A stretch of DNA of 64,000 nucleotides from Tubiluchus corallicola (GCA_030141605.1 JAQGDQ010000587.1:1-64000); one strand, 5' to 3'; positions 50,601-62,100 are shown, counted from the first letter of the stretch. Numbers and translations are program-made. The notes: a model not told the origin generated them from the sequence alone.

Positions 50601-53472
50601 TCAGAGCTTGGCAAGGTCTGACCATAAAAATGCAGCATGTTTAGTACGGCTCCACACAGCTTCACAGAGCTTAATGAAGCTCAAACCCCTGCAAACTTTA
50701 CAAAACAAATGCATTAGAACCGGTTATAAACAGCCACAATTAACAAATCATAATCACATGTATCATAGCCATATATATCTTAGAGTTAACGAATTGTATC
50801 ACCCCGAATGTCTATTGTTTCTGTACAAATATTATAATGGGCTCCTTCCTCCTACATTTGTCAATTATTTAACTCCTGTTCAACAAATCCATCACTATTT
50901 TACTCATGGAGCTGTTGGTAACTTTTATCCTCTAACCATTCACTCTAGTTACGGTCACTGAAATCCTTCGTATACTGCTATTCAACAATGGACTCAAACT
51001 CCTCCTTGGGCAAAAGAATTTCAATTACAAGGTTTTAAAAACTACATATTTGATTTGTTACTAACTCGTAACCTAACCTGCTAATTAGCGTTTTTAAGAA
51101 CCTCTAATCTCATTTGTCTGTATTGTTACCACTAATTGTCTTTACAACTTTGAGCTAATTTGTATGTATTTCTCTGTCTGCACCATGCATGTACTAGCGC
51201 AGTCTCGGGGTGAGTCCCGAATGCTCAACAGCTCAACACAGTTTCACACAGCTTCTCACGGCTCCACACAGCTTCATACACAGCTTCACACAGCTCCACA
51301 TAGCTTCACATAGGTTGTTATGTTAAAGGCACACCAATGTCTATTAATTGAAGAATTATTCAACAGATGGCATTGCAACTGCCAGAATTAATGGTAGGCA
51401 CAGTACTTTTGACCACGAGACAACGTGGAAATACTACTGACAAAATTCTGTCATCTCTTCATACTGTTTCACAGGTGCATATTCATGCTGAAGAGGTATA
51501 GCCATTTTAAGCTGAAGAGGTTTACCCAGCACATCTTAAGACTAACTTGTTGCTTGTTGACCTACTCATTAACATAAGGATTAGTCTATTCACACAAACA
51601 ATGTTTGGTAGATTTCCAAGAAAGGGGTTTACTTAGCTTATTCATATACATTTTTACACAACGTTTGCGCTGAAAAACATTTCTGGAACATTGCCAAAAA
51701 TAAATTTTGACTGAGATTACCAAGAGAGTAAGTACGATATATGTCAGCTTACAGGGCTATCCCCAATACAAAATCAAATAATCTATCAAAAATACCAGGC
51801 GTATCGATAGCCATGAGTTTTTCGATGCTCCCGCTAGCTGCCAGCTTTTGCGTCGTGGGCTCCTCGGTGGGTCTGAGTACCTCTAGTCTCGCCTCTTTTA
51901 CACCCAGGCCCGCCACGGTTGTGGCTTTACACTGGTAGGTTCCAGTGTGATAAACGGCCGCTTTGGGTATGGTTATTGAACCGCTAGTGCCTCTCCTGGA
52001 ACAATGTACGGCTGCACAATTTCTCAGTGGCAAAGTTACATTTTGTAGTACTGTTACATCACAGTTCTACGTTTTACAGCATTGTGACATCATAGTGTTA
52101 CATTTGAATGCATTGTGACGTCACAATTTAACATTTTGCAGCATTGTGAAAGAACAATATTTAATGTTACTGTATCGGGATGGAAGAACGTTGAATTTTA
52201 CTCCATTGTGACAGAATACATTGAATTTAATAGCATTGTGATGGAAGAATGTTGAACTTTACAGCATTGTGATGGAACATTGTTTAATATTACAGAATTT
52301 TGACGAAACAATGTTAAATTTAACAGCGTTGTGATGAAACAAGTCGAACTTTACTGCATTGCGGCAAAACAATGTTAAATTTTATAGCACTGTGATGGAA
52401 GAATGTTGAATTTTACTGCATTGTGACTGAACAATGTTGAATTTTACAGCATTGTGACGCAACAATGATGAATTTTACAGCGTCGTGAAGTGACAGGGTG
52501 TCCCACGTAAACTTGCCCCATGCACAACTTGCAAATTTCACATTTTTCCCTGTCTGATCATAATTGTAAGTATAAACGCAAGTTTCTGATCTTAGTAAAT
52601 CAACATACGATAAAGTAAAAAAAAGCAATACAGAAATAGCATCAAGACGAGAAATTTGCAAAAGTTACGTCCACTACAGTTTCTTTAGCTAAAGTGGATT
52701 CGGAAATTACTCGGTCAATGGTTCAGCTTGTTTCATTTTAGTTTATGCAAATGGAAAGGACCAAAATGGAAAGTCTTGTGTGTTACAGTGACTAGTGAGC
52801 TCGTGAGACACCCTGTATCTTTGTCACATGCACATTTGGTTGCAATAAACATTAATTGAAAAGAATCACTAGCAATAGCATGCACTGAATAGCTACTTAA
52901 TTCAGCCACTTTACACCCAACCTTTTGAGATCAGTTAATTCCCAACCGACATGTTTTAACCCAAAATTAACTCGCACGTCATGCACGGATGTACATTTCA
53001 GATTACGACGAAGTTAAAATTGCAAAAAAAATTCAGCTTCTTCGTTTTTGCTGAAGTTTCCCCCGATGTCTTACCATGTAATTGTACGCCCTGAACATTT
53101 AGTAGAGTTGGCATTAGGTGTCCTACTATCCCGGGCGAGTACCTAGATGAATTAGCAACTTACAGAGGTTGGGAATTACTGTTACTGATCTTTACTGGCT
53201 AGAGAGATTTCCATTATCGCCATAAACATCATGCACAATCAGCCATGCTTGTCTTAACCATGCAAAAATGCACTGCAAAAAAAACAACCAAAAAGCTCTA
53301 AAGTACCTTGAAATTTTAACTTTCGCTCCTTTCTCTCTCCTCCCCAATGGGACACCATCTTTCAACCAAACGAGGGTGGTAGGCAGGGGGCTTCTTATTT
53401 TACAACGCAGCTTGACTGAAGCGCCCTCTAAGATGGACTGACTTTTCAACCCCTTCACGGAGGGAACTTTTG
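38695..53472 (-). CDS. Neuregulin-like EGFR/ErbB ligand (Ig - EGF - TM - long cytoplasmic tail); 5' exons not located
   Basis: Exons: Ig-1 53472-53307 (VKLRCKI..LVWLKDG), Ig-2 51995-51796 (GTYQCKA), shared EGF C1-C4 50576-50459 (CSGVYVNYCLNSGTCYRVTDTQFGSPMFC), EGF C5-C6 47873-47797 or 46475-46405, TM 44464-44362 (EEQYRDRVITATALIIGLLVLVGVFVLAWYKS; compare NRG EELYQKRVLTITGICIALLVVG), 42456-42351 or 42306, and last exon 39777-38695. All GT-AG and phase-compatible. An intron between EGF Cys4 and Cys5 is characteristic of EGFR ligands. Confidence 0.88.
39817..40457 (+). mobile_element. Second Kolobok-like MITE family (B), copy 1
   Basis: TTAA|aggacaagaaac...gttttcttgtgct|TTAA. Related copy at ~47925-48947. 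Confidence 0.7.
40462..40880 (+). mobile_element. Family A Kolobok-like MITE, copy 6 (truncated, with insert)
   Basis: Starts at the TTAA shared with family B. Contains a fragment of another repeat at ~40585-40690, also seen near 29570 and 50200. Confidence 0.6.
40921..41528 (+). mobile_element. Family A Kolobok-like MITE, copy 7
   Basis: aggaagacaggatgattttt...gattgggtccagtttggtt. Full-length and collinear. Confidence 0.75.
41740..42230. repeat. Degenerate ~110-bp tandem repeat (5 units)
   Basis: gttattaaa..gtagt...ttcttctctgta recurs near 41745, 41855, 41970, 42072 and 42185. Confidence 0.55.
42537..42885. mobile_element. MITE family C, copy 3
   Basis: TA|cacgcatatctcggtttgccggac...cagcaaaccgagatatgagtg|TA. 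Confidence 0.8.
43392..44111 (+). mobile_element. piggyBac-like MITE
   Basis: TIR ctccttcaggac...gtcctgaaggag followed by TTAA; the left TSD is degenerate. Second copy in MOB1 intron 5. Confidence 0.75.
44614..45086. mobile_element. hAT MITE with 8-bp TSD
   Basis: TSD AAACTGAT at 44606-44613 and 45087-45094. TIRs tagtggcagctcgt...acgagccgccacta. Confidence 0.85.
46405..46475 (-). CDS. Neuregulin alternative EGF C-terminal exon (beta-like): (R)CKSGYGGDRCEYRDPILVLQDYK
   Basis: Acceptor gctaattgcattgttacatgtctccag, donor A|gtacgt. 71 nt, phase 2 in and phase 1 out. Supplies Cys5-x8-Cys6 with GxRC. Confidence 0.85.
46484..46735. repeat. ~55-61 bp minisatellite with internal palindromes (aacaatgctcattgtt)
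   Basis: About four units directly upstream (in transcript sense) of the beta-like exon acceptor. Confidence 0.85.
46829..47381. mobile_element. Tc1/mariner-type MITE
   Basis: TA|cagggtgtctcaaaag...ctttcgagacaccctg|TA. Confidence 0.8.
47797..47873 (-). CDS. Neuregulin alternative EGF C-terminal exon (alpha-like): (S)CSEGWTGNRCGTRDIPVHPSPVFDR
   Basis: Acceptor ttcacacag, donor G|gtataa. 77 nt, phase 2 in and phase 1 out. Cys5-x8-Cys6 with GxRC. Confidence 0.85.
47925..48947 (+). mobile_element. Kolobok-like family B, copy 2 (degenerate, interrupted by a pogo-like MITE)
   Basis: 48655-48935 aligns by eye with 40170-40450. Confidence 0.55.
48064..48547. mobile_element. pogo/Tigger-like MITE
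   Basis: TA|ccgtattttcccatgtataagagaccc...gggtctcttatacacgggaaaatacgg|TA. Confidence 0.85.
49192..49208 (+). promoter_or_regulatory. CTCF-like motif CCAGTAGATGGCAGCAC
   Basis: Close match to the CTCF core CCASYAGRKGGCRS. Motif only; no binding evidence. Confidence 0.35.
49540..50150 (+). mobile_element. CR1/L2-group LINE RT fragment (5' part)
   Basis: VLQGSILGPCFFLVYINDLPN...LFAVDT..., LSLN.EK, KYL.V.LDNKM.W, VYPYLCYGLLSYGSA..LQNKCIRT. Contains stops and frameshifts. Confidence 0.85.
50684..51230 (+). mobile_element. CR1/L2-group LINE fragment (3' part and 3' UTR)
   Basis: KPLQTLQNKCIRTGYK...FLYKYYNGLLP..F..YL....IHHY.T. Continues collinearly from the 49540-50150 fragment. Confidence 0.8.
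52035..52490. repeat. ~32-33 bp minisatellite (ttttacagcattgtgatggaagaatgttgaa)
   Basis: Directly visible, immediately upstream (in transcript sense) of the Ig-2 exon acceptor. Confidence 0.85.
52494..52815. mobile_element. Tc1/mariner-type MITE
   Basis: cagggtgtcccacg...cgtgagacaccctg|TA. Confidence 0.7.
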
Positions 53473-54448
53473 CTAAAAGGAATAAATGTTGAAAATTAAC
53501 ATCCAACTGTCAGCACCACCTACACACAGCAGCCACAAAATTATAAGGTAAAATAATAAGCTTAGTGAAAAGAGACCAGAAGAGATAAAATGTGCATAGC
53601 TACAGTGCAAGCTATTGCTAGTATAGAATGAAAATGGCTGGATCAATAAAAATAGCATCCAATTTGACAAATTTATTTTGTCGACCCATTGTGCAACCTA
53701 ACATTGATCCAATACAGAGGCAGCAGCAGCAAGTGTTTCACTAACAGAAGTGCAAAAGTTATACTGTTTGCCTATTCCCCTGAAGGATAATACGAAAGTT
53801 TTAGCTATAAAACAGCATCATAACTAGACATAACTAGAGGTGATAGCACACTGCAGTCTAGGAGAAAGATGTGGATAAAAGGGAAGCAAAGCCTGCTGCC
53901 TTTCGTGGTAATTGGAGACTACAACTAAGATCCACACTTTTGTTAGGCTGTGCTAACTTTTGTACAAAATAAAAAAATGTACAAAGAAAAACTTTAGCTT
54001 AACAACAAGTAAAGAACAACATATAAATGTGGATAGTATACTAATATTATCAGTATACGAACATTATGTAGTCAGGGACGAGTCACAAGCAATAATTACG
54101 TTAATCTAATGTGTGTAATTTTATTTAAAACCAAAGTAAACATTTCTTCTTTTGTTCTTACTAGTAGCCGACTAGCCATCAAACACAAAATTTAATCATA
54201 ATAAAAATTCACTCTTCTCTTACATTATCAAAGGCAAGATTACATCTACTGCGGGATACGCCAAGGCTCGATTCTGAGGTCTCTGCTGTTTTCCACTTTA
54301 TTAATTTAGTTACTTTAATCTACTTAATTTAGCAATCGTTTTCAAGCAAACACCATAACAAATAAATCTATGCAAATAATAGGCATTCAAACCGAAAATG
54401 TAGAAATTATTCCCTTCCTTTCTAGCTCTCTCTCTCTCTCTCTCCATC

Positions 54449-54839
54449 TGTGAAAAATGTCTAAAGGTAACATAGCTAAGACATCAGTATATTGCAGAAC
54501 ACAGGTGAGTTTATTTATACAAATCAGTTAGTCATACAAATTATCCACAGCACATGTTGATTCTATGCTCTCTGACAGCCAACTGCCCAGGTAAGTTTTC
54601 TATAAAGCAAGGAAGCCAGCAATTCTATGAAGGGTAAATGTTATGCATACTACATAGTTCAAGGATAAAAGTTTAGACTGTATATTAAGAAATAGACTTA
54701 TTTTACAGCTGAAATTTCTTGTGTGGGATTTTTAATGTTTTAACCAGAGACTACAATAATATGACATAATGAACAAAAATAATGACATATGACATAATAA
54801 TAAAAAATAATGACATATGACATCGTGAACTTCACGACA
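54449..54839 (-). repeat. 3' LTR of the BEL/Pao element
   Basis: Identical by eye to 62556-62946. Preceded on the minus strand by a short PPT-like cctggtcggag. Confidence 0.95.
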
Positions 54840-55249
54840 CTCCGACCAGGAAGTTGGAAATAACAAACTATTTGATACTTTAACCTTTTAAGTCATNNAA
54901 CTTTTACAAGAAATAAATTTGTTACATTTCTTAATCATTTTAAGAATAACATCTAACATCTTAAGTACGAGATGGCGCCACCAACCAGTTTGGGCGCCGT
55001 GGATAAATACGAATCACACCATTGCAAAACGGAGTATTTGGGCTATGTACAAAGAGGGTAAGTTTTTTAAATCTAATTTAATAGTGACATTAAATTTCAG
55101 AGTAATTTTGTATATAATTATCACGCTACATTCGTAACAAGTTTCATTACACACAACTTAACTATAAACTTGATATTTCTCTATTGAGTTTCACTACAAA
55201 TAACCTTCAATCTCTAGATTATAAAATCATCATGACGATTTGAGTACAA

Positions 55250-55335
55250 AGTATCGATTTAGGATACAAATTCGTAACAAAGGGCATCGATTTAGGATGC
55301 AAATTCGTAACAAAAGGCATCGATTTAGGATGCAC
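55250..55335. repeat. 33-bp tandem repeat in the BEL 3' non-coding region
   Basis: atcgatttaggat(a/g)caaattcgtaacaaa.ggc, about 2.5 copies. Confidence 0.85.
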
Positions 55336-55599
55336 ACGGTTTACCAATCGTTAGATTTAAATTACAAGTGGATTGCTAACCGAGGACATGCACAAGTACT
55401 ATTACTATTAGCAAGTATAATAAGCAATGACATCAAGTATTGGTTACTCTTTGTGTTTATGATAAAGTTTGTACAGCATTTGCTTGGTTCGCCTGTAGGT
55501 TATGCTGTACATGGTCTATCATACAATTAGACACAATTTATCAATAACATTTCTATCATTACTTTTTTTTCAGGTTTATAACAAAGAGCACGTTTTGTG

Positions 55600-55995
55600 C
55601 ACAAGGTAAGTATAAGGTAACTCAGGTAAGTAATATTTTAACAACTTAACAAACTTAACAAACAATGTTAACAATAACAGCAACAAGTTGATATTCAGAT
55701 GATGTTAACAACAATAGCAATACTAAACAATGCAAGGTATAAGGTAACTTAGGTAAGTAATATTTTAACAACTTACTAAGCAGCTATACAAACAGTGTTA
55801 ACAATAACAACAACAAGTTGTTATTCAAATGATGTTAACAACAATAGCAATACTAAACAATGCAAGGTATAAGGTAACTTAGGTAAGTAATATTTTAACA
55901 ACTTACTAAGCAGCTATACAAACAGTGTTAACAATAACAACAACAAGTTGTTATTCAAATGATGTTAACAACAATAGCAATACTAAACAATGCAA
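55600..55995. repeat. ~130-bp tandem repeat (about 3 units) in the BEL 3' non-coding region
   Basis: Unit caaggtataaggtaacttaggtaagtaatattttaacaac...gcaatactaaacaatg. The last two units are near-identical. Confidence 0.9.
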
Positions 55996-56101
55996 AACTT
56001 ATTTACACAATCTCTTCTAGTTTAAGGAAGAGCTTCTCCCCTCTGTCTAAGGAGAGGCGAAGATTCGTTGGGAATGCTTTCTTATTAATCTATTACAGCA
56101 T

Positions 56102-59100
56102 TTACTCATCTTCATCAGTTAGCTGTTCTCCAGCTATTGACTTGATTTTTTGACGTGCTGTCAAAGCAGCCTTCCTTTTTGGACGTTTTGATGTGTTTGA
56201 TTTTTCAGGTAAATTTGGTAAAGGCGGATCTTGAATTTCTGCAGAAACAAGTGGATATAAATGGAAAATTGATCGGGAAAGAGTTTTCCCCGATGGGAGC
56301 ATTACCTCCGCACCTCTAGTGACTCCGTCCGAACTGGAGATCAATTTAATAATTCTGCCATGTTTCCAAGATCCGCGTGGTAAATTTGAATCATAGATCA
56401 GAACTATATCATTAACCTTTGGTGGAATGGTTACAGTATTTCTTTTAGAGTTTGGCTTTCGTATTTCAGATTGCGTATTCATGCGCAAATGCATTAAATA
56501 CTCGGTTTGCCATAAATGCCAAAATTTATTTGTTAATTTTGTTCCTGCTTTCCATATGTGTAATAATCTTTCTGCTGAAGAAGGTGTTGGATTGAATTCC
56601 GGATCCTCAAAATCCTTTTGACTGTATTCAATCCCAGGAGGGCGATGAGTAGGGGGCAGTACAAAATGATTTGGTGTTAGTATTTCCAAAGTGGAATTAT
56701 CTACATAGCATAATGGTCTTGAATTAATAGTGTACTGGATTTCATTCAAGACTGTTTCTAGATTTTTCCATGCAAGTGGTTGACACAATGTTGTTTTCCT
56801 AAGACACCTTTTGACCAGCCCAATTAATCTTTCCCAATGACCTCCTTGCCAAGCAGCTTTAGGCAAAGTAAATGACCACGAGAAACCATTTTTGCCTGCA
56901 AATTCTTGTAGGCTTTTACTATTCAATAGAGTATTGAAATGTATATCCATTGTTGTTTTGGTCAATCGAAACGCTTTGGCATTATCTGAAAACAATTTCA
57001 CTGGGCAACCGTAACGTGATATAAATTGCCTTAACAATAATATAAGTGTTTCAGCTGACAAATCTGAGGCTAACTGCAAATGTACTGCGCGAGTAGTGAG
57101 GCATTCATATAAAAGGATCCAAACCTTTTTAAGGATGAATTTACTTTTACTCACGTAGTGCTTGTGTTGTATTGGGCCTAAGTAATCCATTCCAGTGAAA
57201 GAAAAAGGGGAAGTCGGAGTTAGTCTTTCTTCTGGTAAGGGCTTAAAAGGAGGCGGTCGATAAGGTCCAGATTGAAAACGTTTACAAATCACACAATGAT
57301 TTAGAATTGACTTTATTTCATTTCTCGCATTAGGTACCCAATAATTTCGACGAAATATTGCTAAAACCTGAGATACCCCTGCATGACAATAGACTTTGTG
57401 CAGATGATTTACAATTAATTCTACGAGTTTGGATTTGCCTGGTAGTAAGAGTGGTTGATAGGTAAGAGTATTTTTCTTATTTTCAAATCTGGTTTTGCAC
57501 GCTATCAAACCGTCTTTATTGGTAAAATAGAAAACGTTTGAAGATGCATTTTTGAGTTTGTCTTTAATAAAGTCAGTGTATGCATACTGTGTCCAACATA
57601 GCCATATTCTTAATGCATTACGTTTCTCTTGTGCTGAAATAACCTTAATAGGAAATTTCATTCCATACAAGAAGGCCTGTATGGCTCTGAAAAGGAATGC
57701 AGTGACAAATAAAAGCCGATCCAGGGAAGAAAAGTCGTTAATGTTAATAACTCTACCAACAGCTCTATTGCATATGACAATGTCGGAAGCAAGAAACCCA
57801 GTCTCAAAGAGTACTTCCTTTTTATGGGGTACTTCCGAAAGTACCTGTGAGGTTTCCTCCGGAGTAAGAGGCGGTACTGAGCTAGAAGTTGGCCAAACAT
57901 CTTCATCTTCCAAGAGGAAGCTTGGTCCATGCAGCCAGAATGTATCTATTGGTGTATTAAATACCTTTGTTCCTCGATCAGCTGGGTTGAGTTGAGATGA
58001 TATGTGTCGTATTTCTGTGTCAGGCAAATCCTTTATCTCATTGACTCTGTTTCTAACAAAGACTGATAACTGTTTTTCAGATCTTATCCAATGTATAACA
58101 CAAGAAGAGTCTGTGAAGAGATAAGTCTTGAAAATCGGGATGTCAAGATGTTTTCGTGCGTAAGTGATTGCACGTGTTCCTATAAGAACACCCATAAGTT
58201 CCGAGCGTGGAACAGAAAATTTGTCTGGTGGTACCACCCTCGTCTTTGCAAACAGGAAGTTACACTGGGTAACCAAAGAAGTTCGATCACAGACCCGGAG
58301 ATAGAGTACGCAGCAATATGCTTTTTGAGATGCATCAGAGAAGCAGATCAGCACATACTGTGGATCACGGGTAGAAATGTATCTAGGCACACTTACATCC
58401 TGTATATATTTCATGATTTGCACTGCCTCACGCCATAATTCCAGATTATTGGGAGAAAGCGGAGTATCCCACTGTAATTTTTGTTTCCAGAGAAATGAAA
58501 TGAAAACTTTGGCTGAGAGTATCAATGGACCAACGACTCCAAGGGGATCGAAGATCGATGAAGTACAGTGTAAGACTTTTCTCTTCGTGTCTGCTGCATC
58601 AAAGGATGCGATATCCACCTTTGCAAGTTTTATGACATCATTCTTTCGGTCAAAGTAAAGACCGAGAACCTTTGTGCTACTGTCGAGGACTCTATCATAT
58701 TCCGGAATTTTGCTTAAGAAGGTATCCGAGGTTGAAAACCATTCTCTCAAGTTGAAGCCTGCTTGGGAAAACAGAGTTTTCACTTCATTGTAAAATGAAA
58801 CAGCTTCGGTCACTGTGTTGACCCCTGTTATGAGGTTATCTACATACATGTTTTGCAGTATTTTATTAGAGAGAGGATGACAGCTCTCTTTGAGATGGTG
58901 AGTAATCGTCGCCGCTAAGAGGAATGGAGAGCTAATCGCTCCAAAAGGAACAGAGGTGAACCTAAACACAATAAGATTTTTTTGCGAAAAATCTATTTTA
59001 AAGGGATCTCTGAGCCATAAAAAGCGGGTACAGTCTCTTTCAGATTCTAGTAGGCCTACATTTAGGAAGGCCTTTTCTATATCAGCCAAGATGATAACTT

Positions 59101-62100
59101 CATGTAGCCTAAAACGCAATAAAATACCCAGAAGCTGAGGCAGGATAACCGGGCCCCGGTAGAGGCAGTCATTAAGGCTGGGGTTGGTGCGTTTTGTCTT
59201 GGCACTTGCGTTGTAAACTGTGCGTAGTTTAGTCGTCTTCCTATCTTCCCTAATAACACAGTGATGGGGAATGTAATGAATAATGGCTCCAGGCTGTGTA
59301 TCAGGGGTTACCTCTTCAATGATAGACCTTTTAAGTTGTTCCTGAATATTATCGTTGTAACATTTGAGTAAGTCAGGTTGATCATGCAGCTTTAAAATGA
59401 GTGATTTTAATAGAGCCAATGCTAGAAAGTAGTTATCTGGGAGAGGCTTATGGTTAATCTTCCAGGGCCAACCGACCATGTAGCGACCATTCCTAAATTC
59501 GATACTATTTTCGAATCTGCGAACCGCTACCTCATCGTCATTGACACTGGGAGAGTCCATGATTCCTAAGGAATCGAGGGCCCAAAGACGCTCGAGTTGA
59601 TAACTTCTTTCTGTGTTTTCTACATTTTCAGATACAGAATCTGCACACATCAGGTTTATCTCAGGTTTAGTGCAATTTGGTGATTCTGTGTTATCCAAGG
59701 ATGAATTCCCGGAAAGGCCATCAAACCCAGGTTGAAAACAAAATAATGAGTTTTCTAAACAAATATTAGATTCATTGTTTGCAACAAGGTCTGGGTGGTC
59801 CGGGTCTTCAACTACCCCTCCAAGTATGTAACCTAAAAGACTTGCATGCAGGAAGAGGCCGGGTGACACTTCATGTTTTTCTGCTCCTAGAATTTTGAGA
59901 TAATTGCCACACCCAATTAAGAACTGCACGTCACCTCCCTGATTCCCGTTAGGGAGGGTGTCAGCTAGGGAGCCCTCCCACATTTTGAGGTTTGAAAGTA
60001 CATGTGATGGAAGACAGGGACGCCCTCCGAACTTCGCAATGAACGGGATTACTCGTACGTTTAGGTGCATCTTAGTACGGTTGTCTTTACTGAACAATGT
60101 AACCTTTGCTTGATGACACCGTACTGGGACATACCCATCATGGGCAAATGTAGAAACGTTTACATATCTAGGATTTTCCAGTTTCAGATTTAACTGGTTT
60201 GCTAATGACTCTGTAATGTATGTGCCATTACTACCCGAATCCATCAAACCTCTAACTGTGATGCCTGATTTAAGATTATTGGGAACATCAGAGTGGCACA
60301 TTCTCACTAAAACTGTCTGCATAAGTTCAACCTCTGTGCCAGAATTAAACATAACAGTTTCACTGAGCAAATTTTGTTCTAATTTTGTCTTGACAATTCT
60401 GTTATTTTCAACTTTATCGCAAAGTGAAACATGATGTTTTTGGCCACACACAAAACATGTAAATTTGCAGTCAACCTCAGTGTGTTTACTAGAAAGACAG
60501 ACTTTGCAACGTTTACGCTTTTCTACTACTTTAAGTTTTTCTTCTATGGAAAACTTGTTGCAAAGGCCTGAAGAGTGTTTCCGGTTGTCACAATATAGAC
60601 AAGGCATTTTAATGCGGTTATTCTGTGATCTCTTTGCCTTGTCCTTATTGTTACCATTGCTATTAACTCTTTCTGAACCTTTTGGTTTGTAACCTTTAGC
60701 ATGTTTTGATTTTTCAGCTGCAGATGTAGTGAGAGACAACTCACTGTTATAAGCCATGTCATCATCATTGCCAACTGCTGTAAGTACACTTTCTTTAATC
60801 TGAACAGATGCTGCTCTGTGATTGTTTCTACTAATGGGTTTCTTTGAAATTTCTTTAAGGCTTTGAAGCCCACACTCATTAGTAGAAATCTCAAAGTTGT
60901 TCACATATCGATACATAGTATCTATTAATCTCTCTAATTGCCAATTAGAACCAGGAGTAGCATCTGGACAAAGGTTTCTAAGCTGAAAACCCATAGTTAT
61001 GGGAAGTTTCTTAAGAATGCCTGAGACAATGTAATGATCATCGACTGGACGACCTAACACTGTCAATGACCGTATAATGACCTCTATGTCATCAAGAAAC
61101 CTTCGTAAATCTTTGGCGTTGTTTTTGACAGGTTCTATGTCGTCAAGTTGTTTCAGATAACTTGTCACCATGTGATCATTTCCGCCAAAGCGTTTCATCA
61201 AGTGACCAACAGCAGCAGGATAGTTATTGGCAGTTCTACGGTACGTCTTGATTATTCTATATGCATTCCCTTTCAAACAACCCAACAAGTAATTGAACTT
61301 TTTACTATCCGTTAAATCGGGTCTTGAGTGTATTTCATCATTAAAAACACTCCAAAATTCTTCAAAATCATCATCACCCTCCCCCGAAAAGGAAGGCAAT
61401 TTAAATTTTGGCAATCTAGTATACACAGTGCTTGCATGACTAACATTCACAGCATTTAGCTGTGATGTCATATTAGGCACAGCAGAAACAGGTGTGCTTG
61501 ATACTACAGGTAATCTAGTATACGCAGTGCTTGCATGACTAACGTTCACAGCATTTAGCTGTGATGTCATATTAGGCACAGCAGAAACAGGTGTGCTTGA
61601 TACTACAGGTACAGGTTCACTGACCTTCAAGTGACAGGTTTCTAATGACCTAATTCTGGCTTCAATCTTAGCACTAAGTTCAGACAAATTTCTGTTCAAT
61701 GTAATTTTTGAAGCAAGAAATTCTTTAACTTCATCTAAATGGGAACTATCATCTGAACTACAATAAATATATGATAGCTTGTCATACAACTCTGTGAGCA
61801 TTTCAGTTGAAAATCTCAAATCAGTAATTGAAGCATTACATCTGTCAACAAAGTTTTGATAATTAGCAATACATTTGTCAAATTCTAAGTCTAACAATGT
61901 AGTACATGTGAAAATCACCTCACCATAAAGCTGTGAGTTTATTTTCAGGTTCTGGATGAGTATCTTCACCTCCAGCTGGTGTCCATGCAATGGATCTTTG
62001 TCTGGAACCATCTTCGGAATTGCTCCAGTTGCAGCTGTTGGGGTGGCTCCATGTGCTGGGGTAGCTGGAATATGTAGTTGCTGCTCATAGTCCGGTTCCT

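Noticed and set aside
51749-51795. Donor CT|gtaag at 51753 as the end of the Ig-2 exon
   Set aside because: It is phase 2 and puts the EGF exon out of frame. The phase-1 donor G|gtattt at 51796 fits. An Ig-only product remains possible but unsupported.
54244-54295. Possible neuregulin exon WKTAETSESSLGVSRSR
   Set aside because: Phase-compatible, but the acceptor is weak and there is no recognisable homology.
54840-56101. env-like ORF in the BEL element
   Set aside because: No long sense-strand ORF; the region is AT-rich and made of tandem repeats.
57552-60894. Overlapping and antisense ORFs within gag-pol (also within ZnT6 and the neuregulin last exon)
   Set aside because: Shadow ORFs of long coding regions, with no motifs.
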